A stretch of 64,000 nt of DNA. It comes from Dehalococcoidia bacterium (GTDB lineage Bacteria > Chloroflexota > Dehalococcoidia > Lucifugimonadales > UBA3495). The stretch covers positions 100,956 to 164,955 of the forward strand of contig JASLXV010000038.1 in NCBI GenBank assembly GCA_030740155.1, given 5' to 3'. This document shows positions 18,697 to 28,357 of this stretch, one piece after another (the stretch's first letter is position 1; each line of letters begins with the position of its first letter). The notes beneath the pieces are model-generated. The model ran no database searches. It saw nothing but the letters and a program-made list of their open reading frames with translations, and was not told the DNA's origin. Both the position numbers and the translations under genes were made by a program.

Positions 18697-20076
18697 ATGA
18701 CCATCGTTGCTCAGGGAGTCACCGAACAACTGGTAGAGCATGCCATCGCCCTGCCGGAAGAACGCATCCCAGCAGAGGCTCGCGAGGCTGCCAAGCGGCT
18801 ATTCTTGGACTTTCTGGCTGTCGCCGTGGGAGGGAGATGGCTGGCCGAGTCGTCCTCCGTCATTCTCCAAGGGACCAAGCTCCTCGCGGGGTCCGGTTCC
18901 GGCCCCAGCACCATAATTGGGGAGGAGGGTGGCTACACGGCCCAGTACGCCGCGCTGGCTAACGGCGCCCTGGTGCACTCCATGGACTTCGACGACACCT
19001 ACCAGGCGGCCTACCTCCACCCTGGAGCACCGGTCTTCGCCACCCTCCTGGCCCTGGCCGAGGCGGAAGGGAAAGGGGGGCCGGAGTTCCTCACGGCGGC
19101 CGTGGTGGGCTACGACGTAGCTTGCCGGATCGGGCGGGTGCCCGGCCCAAACATTATCCAGAGGGGCTTCCATCCCACGGGGATTGTGGGGATATTCGGG
19201 GCCACCGCCGCCGGGGCCCGGCTTCTCGGCCTCTCTCAAGCGCAAGCCGCCAACGCGCTGGGCATCAACATCAGCCAGGCGGCGGGGACCCAGCAGTTCC
19301 TGGTTAACGGCGCTTGGACCAAGCGGCTGCACGTGGGGCTGGCGGCTCACAACGCCATCTACGCTCTCACGTTTGCCGGCTTGGGGTTCCTGGGCTCAGC
19401 GAGCCCCCTGGAAGGGCGCGCCGGGCTGTATCACTGCTTCGCCGGTGAGGATCGGCCCGCCTTGGAGCTGGCGGTGGATGGGCTGGGAGACCAGTTCGAG
19501 GTGCAGAACACGGCCATCAAACCCTACCCCTGCTGCCGGATGATCCACGGCCCCCTGGACGCCGTGACGGAAATCCGGAAGGCCCATCGCCTCTCGCCTG
19601 AGGACGTGGCGGAGGTGGAGGTGGCCCTCTCACCGGAGGCCTACGGGGTTGTGGGGGAACCGGTGGACTTCAAGCGTGCCGCCACTACCGAAGTGGAGGG
19701 CCAGTTCAGCGTGTATTTCGGCAGCGCCGCCGCCTTGGTGGGCGGCGATTATTCCTGGCAGTCCTACCGGTTGCTCCAGGACCCGGCGGTGCGGGCCCTG
19801 ATGCAGCAGGTCACGGCCCGGCCCGACGACTCCCTGCGGGGCTTCCAAAGCAGCGTGACGATCCGCACCAAGAGGGGCGACCGGCTCACCCTCGATGTTC
19901 CCTACCCCAAGGGAGAGCCGGAGAATCCCGTTTCTTGGGAGGACTTGGAGTCCAAAGTGAGGAGCCTGGCTGCGGAGCCCCTCGGCGCCCAACGCGTGGA
20001 GCAGTTGATCAGCTTGGTGCGTAACTTGGAATCGGTGGGCGACCTGCGGGAGGTGACCGCACTGTTGCGCCCGTAG
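18697..20076 (+). CDS. MmgE/PrpD family protein
   Basis: HSMDFDDT, HPG, GFHPT, KPYPCC and KGEPENP. Confidence 0.92.
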   Translation: MTIVAQGVTEQLVEHAIALPEERIPAEAREAAKRLFLDFLAVAVGGRWLAESSSVILQGTKLLAGSGSGPSTIIGEEGGYTAQYAALANGALVHSMDFDDTYQAAYLHPGAPVFATLLALAEAEGKGGPEFLTAAVVGYDVACRIGRVPGPNIIQRGFHPTGIVGIFGATAAGARLLGLSQAQAANALGINISQAAGTQQFLVNGAWTKRLHVGLAAHNAIYALTFAGLGFLGSASPLEGRAGLYHCFAGEDRPALELAVDGLGDQFEVQNTAIKPYPCCRMIHGPLDAVTEIRKAHRLSPEDVAEVEVALSPEAYGVVGEPVDFKRAATTEVEGQFSVYFGSAAALVGGDYSWQSYRLLQDPAVRALMQQVTARPDDSLRGFQSSVTIRTKRGDRLTLDVPYPKGEPENPVSWEDLESKVRSLAAEPLGAQRVEQLISLVRNLESVGDLREVTALLRP

Positions 20077-20183
20077 AACCCGTCGCTCTCGAGCCGAGGG
20101 CCCGGATTAATTCTCTTGCCGGCGGCCCAGACCATCCCCGGGGGGGTGCGTCGAGCCCGGCATAGGTAGCAGAAGGAGGAGCC

Positions 20184-21563
20184 TTGCTGTACGAGGCGGA
20201 GAGTAACGATATTCAGATAGCCATCTCTGGGGACTCGATCATCAGCCGGAGCATGTCGGTGTTCAAGGAAAAGCGCTTCTTGAACTTGGTGGAGTTACTC
20301 AACGGCGCCGATGTCGCGATCACCAACGCTGAGATGCTATTTCACAACTATGAAGATCCCCCTACCGGCAGACCGGGGGGGACGTACATGCGCGCCGATC
20401 CCAAGATTATCAAGGAGCTGCAGTGGCTCGGCATCAAGATGGTGTCCTGTTCCAACAATCATGCCTACGACTTTGGCGAGAACGGCATCCTCACCAATAT
20501 CCGCAACCTGGATGAGTATGGCATGCCCCACGCGGGTACGGGCCGCAACCTGTCGGAAGCCCGCTCGCCGGCCTATCTGGACACGCCAAAGGGTCGAATC
20601 GCCCTCATCTCAGTCACCTCCTCCGGGCCCCAGGCGATGCGGGCGGGAGAGCAGTGGCGCGATGGGGCCGGGCGCCCCGGAGCCAACGTCCTCCGCTATA
20701 TGACCCAGTACACCGTGGACAAGCCTGTTTTCGACGGGCTACGCCGCCTCAGCGAGGGGTTGGGCTTCGAGAGGTTCAAAGCCCATCGCAGGGCCAACCC
20801 CTGGCAGGGCAATTTTGCTGAAGACGACGACAACCAGCTTTTCTTGCCGAGCCTGAATAATGAGTGGCAGTACCCGGAACCCAACGGTACTCTATTCACC
20901 CTGGGGGAGAATTTCGAAACGCAACATATCCTTGATCGTGAAGACGTTGAAGGGAACCTCCAGCGTATCCGTGACGCCCGGCGCCAGGCGGACTGGGTCA
21001 TCGTCAGCATGCACACCCACGAGCAAGGCAACACCTCGGATGATCCCGCGGACCTGGTCGTCGCCTTCGCCCATGCCGCGATCGACGCCGGCGCCGACGT
21101 CTTTTCGGGCCACGGCCCCCACGTGGACCGGGGCATCGAAATCTACAACGGAAAGCCGATCTTCTACGCCCTGGGTCACCTTACGCTCCAGAACGACACG
21201 GTCGCCCAGATGCCATGGGATAACATGACCCGGGTTGGGTTGGGATGGGAGGCAACCCCCGCCGACTTCTTCGATTTCAGGTCGGGCAGGGAGCACCTGG
21301 ACGAGTGGGCAGGGTTCGCCGTCGAGCCCTTCCGGTGGCGCAACGCCGTGGCCACCATCACCTTCAAAGCCAAACAGCTCTTGGAGATACGGCTCTACCC
21401 GATAGATCTGGGATTCAAACGGCCGCGCTCCCAACGGGGACGGCCCGCCCTGGCCGATGGCAAAGTGGCCGAGGAGGTCCTGAGCCTCTTCCAGCGGCTC
21501 TCCGCGCCCTATGGGACCAGGGTGGATGTGGAAGATGGGGTGGGGGTGATCAAGGTCGGCTAA
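20184..21563 (+). CDS. CapA/PGA-synthesis-like metallophosphoesterase
   Basis: SGDSI, TNAE, SNNHAYDFG, SMHTHE, GHGPH and IFYALG. Confidence 0.88.
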   Translation: MLYEAESNDIQIAISGDSIISRSMSVFKEKRFLNLVELLNGADVAITNAEMLFHNYEDPPTGRPGGTYMRADPKIIKELQWLGIKMVSCSNNHAYDFGENGILTNIRNLDEYGMPHAGTGRNLSEARSPAYLDTPKGRIALISVTSSGPQAMRAGEQWRDGAGRPGANVLRYMTQYTVDKPVFDGLRRLSEGLGFERFKAHRRANPWQGNFAEDDDNQLFLPSLNNEWQYPEPNGTLFTLGENFETQHILDREDVEGNLQRIRDARRQADWVIVSMHTHEQGNTSDDPADLVVAFAHAAIDAGADVFSGHGPHVDRGIEIYNGKPIFYALGHLTLQNDTVAQMPWDNMTRVGLGWEATPADFFDFRSGREHLDEWAGFAVEPFRWRNAVATITFKAKQLLEIRLYPIDLGFKRPRSQRGRPALADGKVAEEVLSLFQRLSAPYGTRVDVEDGVGVIKVG

Positions 21564-21729
21564 TCTGCTGACTCGTAAATGGTTTGATATCCCGCCCGTC
21601 ATCCCGGCGAAGGCCGGGATCCAGCTAACGCTTCTCTGGATTCCGGCCCCGATGCAATCGGGGACGATCGCTGGTGGGTATGCCGCATGACTTTGCCGGT
21701 GTAGAGCTATTTAATGGACAGTGCAGTAG
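21561..21729. mobile_element. MITE-like repeat family B (internal GTCATCCCGGCGAAGGCCGGGATCCAG palindrome)
   Basis: Reverse-complement homologue of 26526-26696. Confidence 0.75.
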
Positions 21730-21850
21730 AGGACGGGTGCAGACCGCCGGCGACGGCGACAATCGGACCGCGATATTGAGCCAGGGCCAACCCGGCGGGT
21801 TTGACTCCTGGCCGACTATCGCGGTCCCGTTTTATTCGGGAGGCCCTCCG

Positions 21851-23224
21851 CTACGGCCGGAGGGCGGTGGCCAACTCGTGCAAATCCTCGAGACCCTCGA
21901 GGGCCCGGACTCGTACGATGACGTCGGCAGCCCGCTCCTTCCCCAGTGCCGGGTGAGCCAGGGTGGCGAACTTCGCCTCGATCTCGTCTCGGGTCAGGGG
22001 ATTCTCCGGCTCTCCCTTAGCTAGGGGGACATCCTTACTGAGCTTCCGGCCGTTCCCGGTGGTGATGGTCACCCGGCAACCCATCCCCTTCATCTCCTGA
22101 GAGGGGTGGCAGGTGGTCAGCTCCATAAGGTTCTTCACCATGGGGTCCTGAAGCTTGTCGTAGCTCTGCCAAGTGTACTCCCCGTCTACCGCAGCCACTG
22201 CGGTGGCGAAATAGACGCTGAACTGCCCGGCTACCTCGCTGGTGGGATTCCGTTTCGACTCCTCCGGTTGCCCCACCAGATCGCAGCCCAGGGGGCTGCA
22301 GTACACGTCCATGGCGGCGATGTCCTGGGGAGAAAGCCGGTTCTCCCGGCTCAGATCCAGCACGGCATCGATGGGCCCATGGTTGTAACGGCAGCACGGA
22401 TAGGGCTTGATGGCCGTGTACATCACCTCGAAGTCGGTACCCAGACCGGTGATCTTGTCGGGGTCCCACCCATCGGCGGAGTAGTTATAGAAGTAGCCGA
22501 AGCGCCCCTCCAGGGGATGGGAAGCGCCTTTGAAGCCATGCCGGGCCATGACCAGCGCGTAGATGGCGTTGTGGGCGGCCAGACCCACGTGGAGCCGCTT
22601 ATTCCAGGCCCCATTCTCCAGGAACTGCTGGGAGCCGGCCGCTTGGCTGCCGTTCAAGCCCACGGCGTTGAGGACCTGCTCCCGGCTCAAGCCTAGTAGC
22701 CGGGCGCCCGCCATGGTGGCCGCAAAGATTCCCGTGGTCGCCGTGGGGTGGAATCCTCGCTTGTGGACACCCTCCCCGATGGCCCGGTTGATCTTGTTGG
22801 CCACGTCGTAGGCCGCAACCGCCGCTGTCAGGAACTCCCTCCCGGATAACCCGCGCTCCTCGGCCAGGGCCATTAGGGTGGAGAAGATTGGCGCCCCGGG
22901 GTGCATGATGGCTGCCCGGTGGGTATCGTCGAAGTCCATGCTGTGGGCGAAGGCGGCATTCAGCAGCGCGGCGAAGTGAGCGGGGTACCGATCCACCTCC
23001 CCCACGACGGTGCAGGAGCCCCGCTGCCCGTTCAGTAGGTCTCCCACACCCTGTACTATGGGGCCGCTGGAATCGGCAAAGGCCCGCCCGCCCAGGGCAA
23101 CCCCCAGAAAATCCAGGAAGAACTGCTTGGTCCGGTCCACCACCTCCGGAGGAATGCTCTCGTAGGTGAGGCCCAGAGTATAGTCAACCAGTTGCTCGGT
23201 CAAACCATCATTCTCAACGACCAC
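21851..23224 (-). CDS. MmgE/PrpD family protein (paralogue of 18697)
   Basis: HSMDFDDT, GFHPT, GAWNKRLHVGLAAHNAIYAL and KPYPCC. Confidence 0.92.
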   Translation of the reverse strand: MVVENDGLTEQLVDYTLGLTYESIPPEVVDRTKQFFLDFLGVALGGRAFADSSGPIVQGVGDLLNGQRGSCTVVGEVDRYPAHFAALLNAAFAHSMDFDDTHRAAIMHPGAPIFSTLMALAEERGLSGREFLTAAVAAYDVANKINRAIGEGVHKRGFHPTATTGIFAATMAGARLLGLSREQVLNAVGLNGSQAAGSQQFLENGAWNKRLHVGLAAHNAIYALVMARHGFKGASHPLEGRFGYFYNYSADGWDPDKITGLGTDFEVMYTAIKPYPCCRYNHGPIDAVLDLSRENRLSPQDIAAMDVYCSPLGCDLVGQPEESKRNPTSEVAGQFSVYFATAVAAVDGEYTWQSYDKLQDPMVKNLMELTTCHPSQEMKGMGCRVTITTGNGRKLSKDVPLAKGEPENPLTRDEIEAKFATLAHPALGKERAADVIVRVRALEGLEDLHELATALRP

Positions 23225-23784
23225 TACATGCCTCCATCACAGGTTCTGCCCGGTATCTCATCGGGCCTCAGCTTACCCCGCCGTCGCTCGGCCGCGCGCT
23301 GGAACTTGTCATTCAAGTAAGAACCGGGTTGACTGATTACTAGCCGCCGGCGTCGTGACGTCGCGATCTCCGCACGTCCCGCACCCCTAAAGCGGACCAA
23401 GCGGGTTGTCGGGCTTGGATCGCGAAGACGGCTCTTTTGGCGAAGAGCGGGCGAAGGCCGGGCTCGCCAGAAGGTGTTTCTGACAGGCCGGATTATGCGC
23501 TTTCCGTGGCTGGGGCGCAAGGAGCTGCCGTCGGGAGCGGGCTTCGACATTAGTCTGATGGCAACCGCAAAAGCGAGATCGGGGGAAAAAGCCGGATTTC
23601 TCCGAACGGCTGGGTCCCACCCATGGTGATTGGGCTGCCAAGCTGGCCAGGGCGGCCTGGAAGCAATCGAATAACCGAAAGCCCATTCGATGCCGCGGAA
23701 CAGAGATACGGTCTCACCCACGGCCCCCGTTCATGGAGTAGAATAGTTTCCCTGAATCAAACTTTAACCGCCAGGTGACTGCAA

Positions 23785-25161
23785 ATGGATAACAACAAGC
23801 CGACAAGCCGGGCCGCAAGCTCTCACGGGACCACGGAGTTGTCCCCAGCAATTCTGGAGGAGTTTCGCCAGGAATTCGCGGCCGATGCCTCCAGAAAGCT
23901 GCTGCAGAACGTTGTAGCCCAGCACGATGTCAATGACGTGGCGTTAAACCGGTCCGTGGTAGCCGAATCGCCCCACTCTTTCTCGATCATGCTGGACGAT
24001 TGGTCGGTAACCAACCAGGCCAGGTCGGGCCGTTGCTGGATGTTCGCCGGACTGAACGTGTGCCGTTCCGATACCAGGACATTGCTGAAGGTCAAGGACT
24101 TTGAATTCAGCCAAAACTATCTGATGTTCTGGGACAAGTTGGAGCGGGCCAATTTCGTCCTGGAGGCAATCATCGAGACGGCCGACAAACCCCTGGATGA
24201 CCGCACGGTCTCCTGGCTCTTGCAGGCCCCGATCTCCGACGGGGGACAATGGGACATGTTCACCGCCCTGGTGACCAAGCATGGGGTGGTTCCCAAAACC
24301 GCCATGCCGGAGACCGAGAGTTCCGGGAACTCGGCGCGCCTGAACTCGAGCCTGAACTACCAGATGCGTCAAGGGGCAAAGAGTATCCGGGAAGCTTATG
24401 CGGGGGAAGCCGGTATCGACGAGCTACGCCGAATCAAGACCGGCGTGCTTAAAGTCGTTCACGACATCTTGTGCATCCACCTGGGCACCCCGCCCACGAT
24501 TATTGACTGGCAATGGAAAGACAAAGACGGCGAATTCACCCGGGTGGGGAAACTAACGCCACTGGAGTTTGCCGAGAAGTTCTTGCCGACGCCCATCGGA
24601 GACTACGTTAGCCTGGTCCACGATCCCAGGGAGTCGAGCCCGGTGGGGGCCACCTTCACCGTAGCCTATCTGGGGAACGTGGTCGATGCCCCGCCCGTGA
24701 AATATCTGAATGTCGACATCCAGCTCATGAAAGACATCGCCCAACGCATGTTGCAAGACGGTAAACCCGTGTGGATGGGCTGCGACACCGGGAAGCAGAT
24801 GCACCGCGACCTGGGCCTGTGGGACTCGGAGTTGTTCGACTACGCCGGTGTGTACGGCGCCGATTTCTCATTGGAGAAAGCGGCACGGTTGGAGTATCAC
24901 CAGACCAGCATGACCCACGCCATGATGTTCACCGGCGTGGACGTGGTGGACGGGGTCCCCCGGCGCTGGCGGGTGGAGAACAGCTGGGACGACAAGGTGG
25001 GTAACAAGGGCTTCTTCCTCATGAACGACTCCTGGTTTGCCGAGTACATGTTTGAAATCGCCGTACCCAAGGAATACCTTCCCCCCGAGTTGCAGGCTGC
25101 CATGGAGCTTGATCCCATAGTCTTGCCCGCCTGGGACCCCATGGGGTCATTGGCCCGATAA
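23785..25161 (+). CDS. pepC: Aminopeptidase C / bleomycin hydrolase (peptidase C1B)
   Basis: NQARSGRCWMFA, DGGQW, THAM, VENSW and C-terminal WDPMGSLA. Confidence 0.95.
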   Translation: MDNNKPTSRAASSHGTTELSPAILEEFRQEFAADASRKLLQNVVAQHDVNDVALNRSVVAESPHSFSIMLDDWSVTNQARSGRCWMFAGLNVCRSDTRTLLKVKDFEFSQNYLMFWDKLERANFVLEAIIETADKPLDDRTVSWLLQAPISDGGQWDMFTALVTKHGVVPKTAMPETESSGNSARLNSSLNYQMRQGAKSIREAYAGEAGIDELRRIKTGVLKVVHDILCIHLGTPPTIIDWQWKDKDGEFTRVGKLTPLEFAEKFLPTPIGDYVSLVHDPRESSPVGATFTVAYLGNVVDAPPVKYLNVDIQLMKDIAQRMLQDGKPVWMGCDTGKQMHRDLGLWDSELFDYAGVYGADFSLEKAARLEYHQTSMTHAMMFTGVDVVDGVPRRWRVENSWDDKVGNKGFFLMNDSWFAEYMFEIAVPKEYLPPELQAAMELDPIVLPAWDPMGSLAR

Positions 25162-25187
25162 GGTTCACTGTCCCGGGCTATCTACCG

Positions 25188-25433
25188 AGAGCCTATCCAA
25201 CATCTCCCAAGAAGGCCACTGCGCTCCTTCGACAAGCTCAGGACGAACGGATTTAGGCTTAGAATGAACGGATGTAGGCTCAGAATGAACGGATTTAGAC
25301 TCAGGACGAACGGATATGAGTTTGGTATGAAGGGATATGAGTTTGGCATGAAGGCATGAACTCGGGATGAAGGGATTTTCCCCCGTTCGTGGTGAGCTTG
25401 TCGAACCACAGCGCCTGGTTACTGGATAGGCTC
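25188..25433. mobile_element. MITE-like repeat family A with internal ~21-bp tandem array
   Basis: TIR AGAGCCTATCC...GGATAGGCTC; inner CCTTCGACAAGCTCAGGACGAACGG and CCGTTCGTGGTGAGCTTGTCGAACCA; about 5-6 degenerate 21-bp units between them. Confidence 0.8.
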
Positions 25434-25462
25434 CAGAACCGAACAACCATTTCGGAGAGTCC

Positions 25463-26440
25463 ATGCGCGTCGACGTCCATAGCCACCTGATTTTTCTTGA
25501 CTACCTGAAATACCTGGCGGGGCGCAGTTCGCTGCCCCAGGCCGTCCTCGAAGGCGGAACGTATTTCGTGAGTTGCGCCGGCGGGTACCGGCATCCCTCG
25601 GCGGTGGCCACCATCGACGAGGATGCCAAGCTCCGGGCCATGGAGGACCTGGGCATCGGGACGTCGGTCCTCAGCCATGGGGTACCCGGCCCCGAACTCT
25701 TGGGCGGGGATGAGGCCGACGACTGGGCCTCCCGCATCAACGACTATCTGGCCGAGGTCGTCGCCCGGCATCCCGGCAAGTTCGCCGCTTGGGCCAGCCT
25801 GGGATGGGGCAGTGCCCAACGCACCATTGCCGAGATCGACCGGTGCGTGAACCAACTGGGGTTCAAGGGAGCATATCTGTTTTCCAACATCAAGCAGAAG
25901 ACGCTGGACAGCCCGGAGTTCTGGCCGGTCTACAAACACGTGGCGGAAATGGGGGTGCCCATGAACATGCACCCGACGGCCCCCTTGAACATGAACGGCA
26001 TCGACCAACGGCCCCTGGGGCCGGGTATGGCCTTCATGTTCGATACCTCGCTGGCCACGGTGCGAATGATGATGAGCGGTCTGTTCCAGGAAGTGCCGGA
26101 CCTGAAGCTGATTGTGCCCCACACGGGCGGGTTCGTGCCCTACATCAGTGGCCGCGTGGGGCGGATGATCGACGCCTGGACACCGCCGGATCAGTGGGAG
26201 AAGCTTTCCCAACCGGTCCGCAACTACTTCGACAAGATTTACGTGGACACGGTGGCCCACAGCCCCGAGGCATTGGACTACTGCTACAGAAGCTATGGAG
26301 CGGTAAAGCTGCTGTACGGAACCGATCACCCATTCGCCCATTACGATGAATTCAACGTAATGATAGACGGCTTGGCTTGCACCGAAGCCGAGCGGGAGTT
26401 GATCAACGGGGGAAACGCCCGGCGGCTGCTGGGGTTATGA
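25463..26440 (+). CDS. Amidohydrolase family 2 protein (ACMSD-like decarboxylase/hydratase)
   Basis: DVHSH, MHP, PHTGG and LLYGTDHPF. Confidence 0.88.
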   Translation: MRVDVHSHLIFLDYLKYLAGRSSLPQAVLEGGTYFVSCAGGYRHPSAVATIDEDAKLRAMEDLGIGTSVLSHGVPGPELLGGDEADDWASRINDYLAEVVARHPGKFAAWASLGWGSAQRTIAEIDRCVNQLGFKGAYLFSNIKQKTLDSPEFWPVYKHVAEMGVPMNMHPTAPLNMNGIDQRPLGPGMAFMFDTSLATVRMMMSGLFQEVPDLKLIVPHTGGFVPYISGRVGRMIDAWTPPDQWEKLSQPVRNYFDKIYVDTVAHSPEALDYCYRSYGAVKLLYGTDHPFAHYDEFNVMIDGLACTEAERELINGGNARRLLGL

Positions 26441-26525
26441 GGGAAATGCCGGTCTCCATCGGAAATGACGTTTCAACCGGCATGGATGCTACTTGCTTCC
26501 AGCCCCGTTCCTGGGAGCCTCGTAG

Positions 26526-26696
26526 CTAGTGTATTGCCTCGTAAGTAGCTTCACATCGGCGAATTTGTGCGGCATTCCCTCCCCACAATCGTCCCCGATT
26601 GCATCGGGGCCGGAATCCAGGGAAGCGCTAACTGGATCCCGGCCTTCGCCGGGATGACGAACTGGGTATCAAGCTATTTACGAGGCACCAGACCAA
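26526..26696. mobile_element. MITE-like repeat family B
   Basis: CTAGTGTATTGCCTCGTAAGTAGCT ... AGCTATTTACGAGGCACCAGAC ends; internal GCCGGAATCCAG/CTGGATCCCGGCCTTCGCCGGGATGAC. Confidence 0.78.
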
Positions 26697-27004
26697 GGCC
26701 GGTTCAAGGCAGGCCGGACCGCAGGGGCTTTTCCCCGCCACCGTCGCCGGTTGGAGGTCGTAGGGTTATCGAGGTATACTGCCAGGGGTTTGCCGCGGGT
26801 TCGCGCGCCCGCTCCTCGAGGCCACCGTCCACCACGGAACCTCCCATGAGGGAGCTTCCCATGGTCCGTGCGCCGGCCCACGCGGTCCGGAGGTGAGCCC
26901 AACCCGAGCCCACCGTGACCGCTGCCGGCGGCAAGGACCGGTCGCGGCGTCAACCGGGCCAGAGCGATTCGCATTCGAGACTATCAAAAGCAAGAGGGGG
27001 AACT

Positions 27005-28168
27005 ATGGCATCCAACGTTCTTTTCGAGAGCAGCGTAAACTACGAGCGGGCCGGGGTCGGGTTCAACTTCAGCCTGAAGACCTCTCCGGGAGAAGAACAA
27101 GCGGCCTTCAGGCTCACCATCGACGACCTGAAGACCAGCCGGCGCTTGGATTTTTCCCACAAGGCCTGCCCCGCCGTTCACGACTTCACCCGGGGCTACT
27201 CCCGCTGGCTCGGCACCAAGGGTATCCGCTCCACCTTGGGAGAGGACGAGATTACCGGCGCGGCCCGGCAGGACCTCTCGGTACCCGAGCTTCTTCAGGT
27301 GTTGCAGGAGGCGCTGGACATGGTTGACCAGCGGTTCTCCAGCTATCTAGGCCCCATCATCGATTCCGAGGGCTACTCGGACGTAATTTACGAGAAGCGG
27401 GACGGGGTCGCCTGGTTGATGCTCAACCGGCCCGAGACCTACAACGCCAAGCGTGGCATCACGATGGACGAAATGGCGGACGCGCTGCTGGACGCCGCCA
27501 AGACCCCGGACATCCGCGTCGTGGTTATCTCCGGAGCCGGGCCCAATGGCTTCTGCACGGGCAACGACCAGAGCTATGACCCCGAGGTGGAACGGGCGGA
27601 CTACCGGGGGCTTGCTACAGTGACCTACGGCGAGGTTATCCGGCAGATGCCCATGCCCGTGATTGCCGCGGTCGATGGCTTCGCCATCGGCTCGGGCAAC
27701 ATTCTCGCCTACCAGAGTGACTTCACCATCGCCACCACCCGTTCCCGTTTCGGCCAGACCGGGCCCCGGGTGGGTAGCCCCGCCGCCGGGCACACCGTCG
27801 CCCGGTTAGCCGGCCGTATCGGACAAAAACGGGCCCGGGAGATGTGGATGATCTGCCGCCAATACACGGCCCAGGAAGCCTATGAGATGGGCCTGGTCAA
27901 CAAGGTGGTGGAGCCGAGCAAGCTGTGGGAGGAGGTGGACCGGTGGATAACCGACATCAAGAGGGTGAGCCCGGTCATTCTACAAATGCAGAGAATCTCC
28001 TACGACCAACACGACCATTTCATCGTGCCCGAGCGATCCCCGGTGCAGGATCATATCCCGGATTTCTTCGCCTCGGACGAGTGCCAGGAACGGCGTTTGG
28101 CGTTTATCGAGCGGCGGCCCATCGACCAAGCCAAGAACATGCCGTACGTGCAGATCCCCATCAAATAG
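27005..28168 (+). CDS. Crotonase-family protein (MenB/BadI-like) with ~120-aa N-terminal extension
   Basis: LNRPETYNA, FCTGNDQ, PVIAAVDGFAIG, FGQTGPRVGS and GQKRAREMW. Confidence 0.82.
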   Translation: MASNVLFESSVNYERAGVGFNFSLKTSPGEEQAAFRLTIDDLKTSRRLDFSHKACPAVHDFTRGYSRWLGTKGIRSTLGEDEITGAARQDLSVPELLQVLQEALDMVDQRFSSYLGPIIDSEGYSDVIYEKRDGVAWLMLNRPETYNAKRGITMDEMADALLDAAKTPDIRVVVISGAGPNGFCTGNDQSYDPEVERADYRGLATVTYGEVIRQMPMPVIAAVDGFAIGSGNILAYQSDFTIATTRSRFGQTGPRVGSPAAGHTVARLAGRIGQKRAREMWMICRQYTAQEAYEMGLVNKVVEPSKLWEEVDRWITDIKRVSPVILQMQRISYDQHDHFIVPERSPVQDHIPDFFASDECQERRLAFIERRPIDQAKNMPYVQIPIK

Positions 28169-28170
28169 CG

Positions 28171-28305
28171 GCGGACCCGCTGCGAGCTGAGATGTTCCAG
28201 CCGGTGCCGAAGCCCGACGATGATGGCTTCGCTACGGTACCGGATAGGCCGGGAATCGGCTACGAGCTGAACGTGCAGTTCTTGAGCCGGTATCGAGTGG
28301 GCTAG
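28171..28305 (+). pseudogene. 3' remnant of a mandelate racemase/muconate lactonizing (enolase superfamily) gene
   Basis: DPLRAEMFQPVPKPDDDGFATVPDRPGIGYELNVQFLSRY* matches the typical C-terminal P..PG.G.ELN motif; no 5' part. Confidence 0.65.
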
Positions 28306-28357
28306 CGAGGTGGACCCGGTCGGCCAATCGGGCGGATCACTGTTGGCCGTCCGGGCA

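Noticed and set aside
20184..21563. Poly-gamma-glutamate capsule locus
   Set aside because: No capB/capC genes and no membrane anchor on the CapA-like protein
23225..23780. Long intergenic region as ncRNA or CDS (also 8490-8850, 26700-26990 and 43000-43410)
   Set aside because: No recognisable RNA motif, RBS-supported ORF or protein motif; an Rfam/BLASTX search would be needed
25240..25370. Possible CRISPR array
   Set aside because: Units are contiguous, degenerate 21-mers with no unique spacers, and no cas genes are present
25165..25464. Short ORFs with PELVEG, VRQAHHER or PFVLSLSK peptides (also near 1326, 51103-51460, 53062 and 60532)
   Set aside because: Translations of repeat family A, not genes
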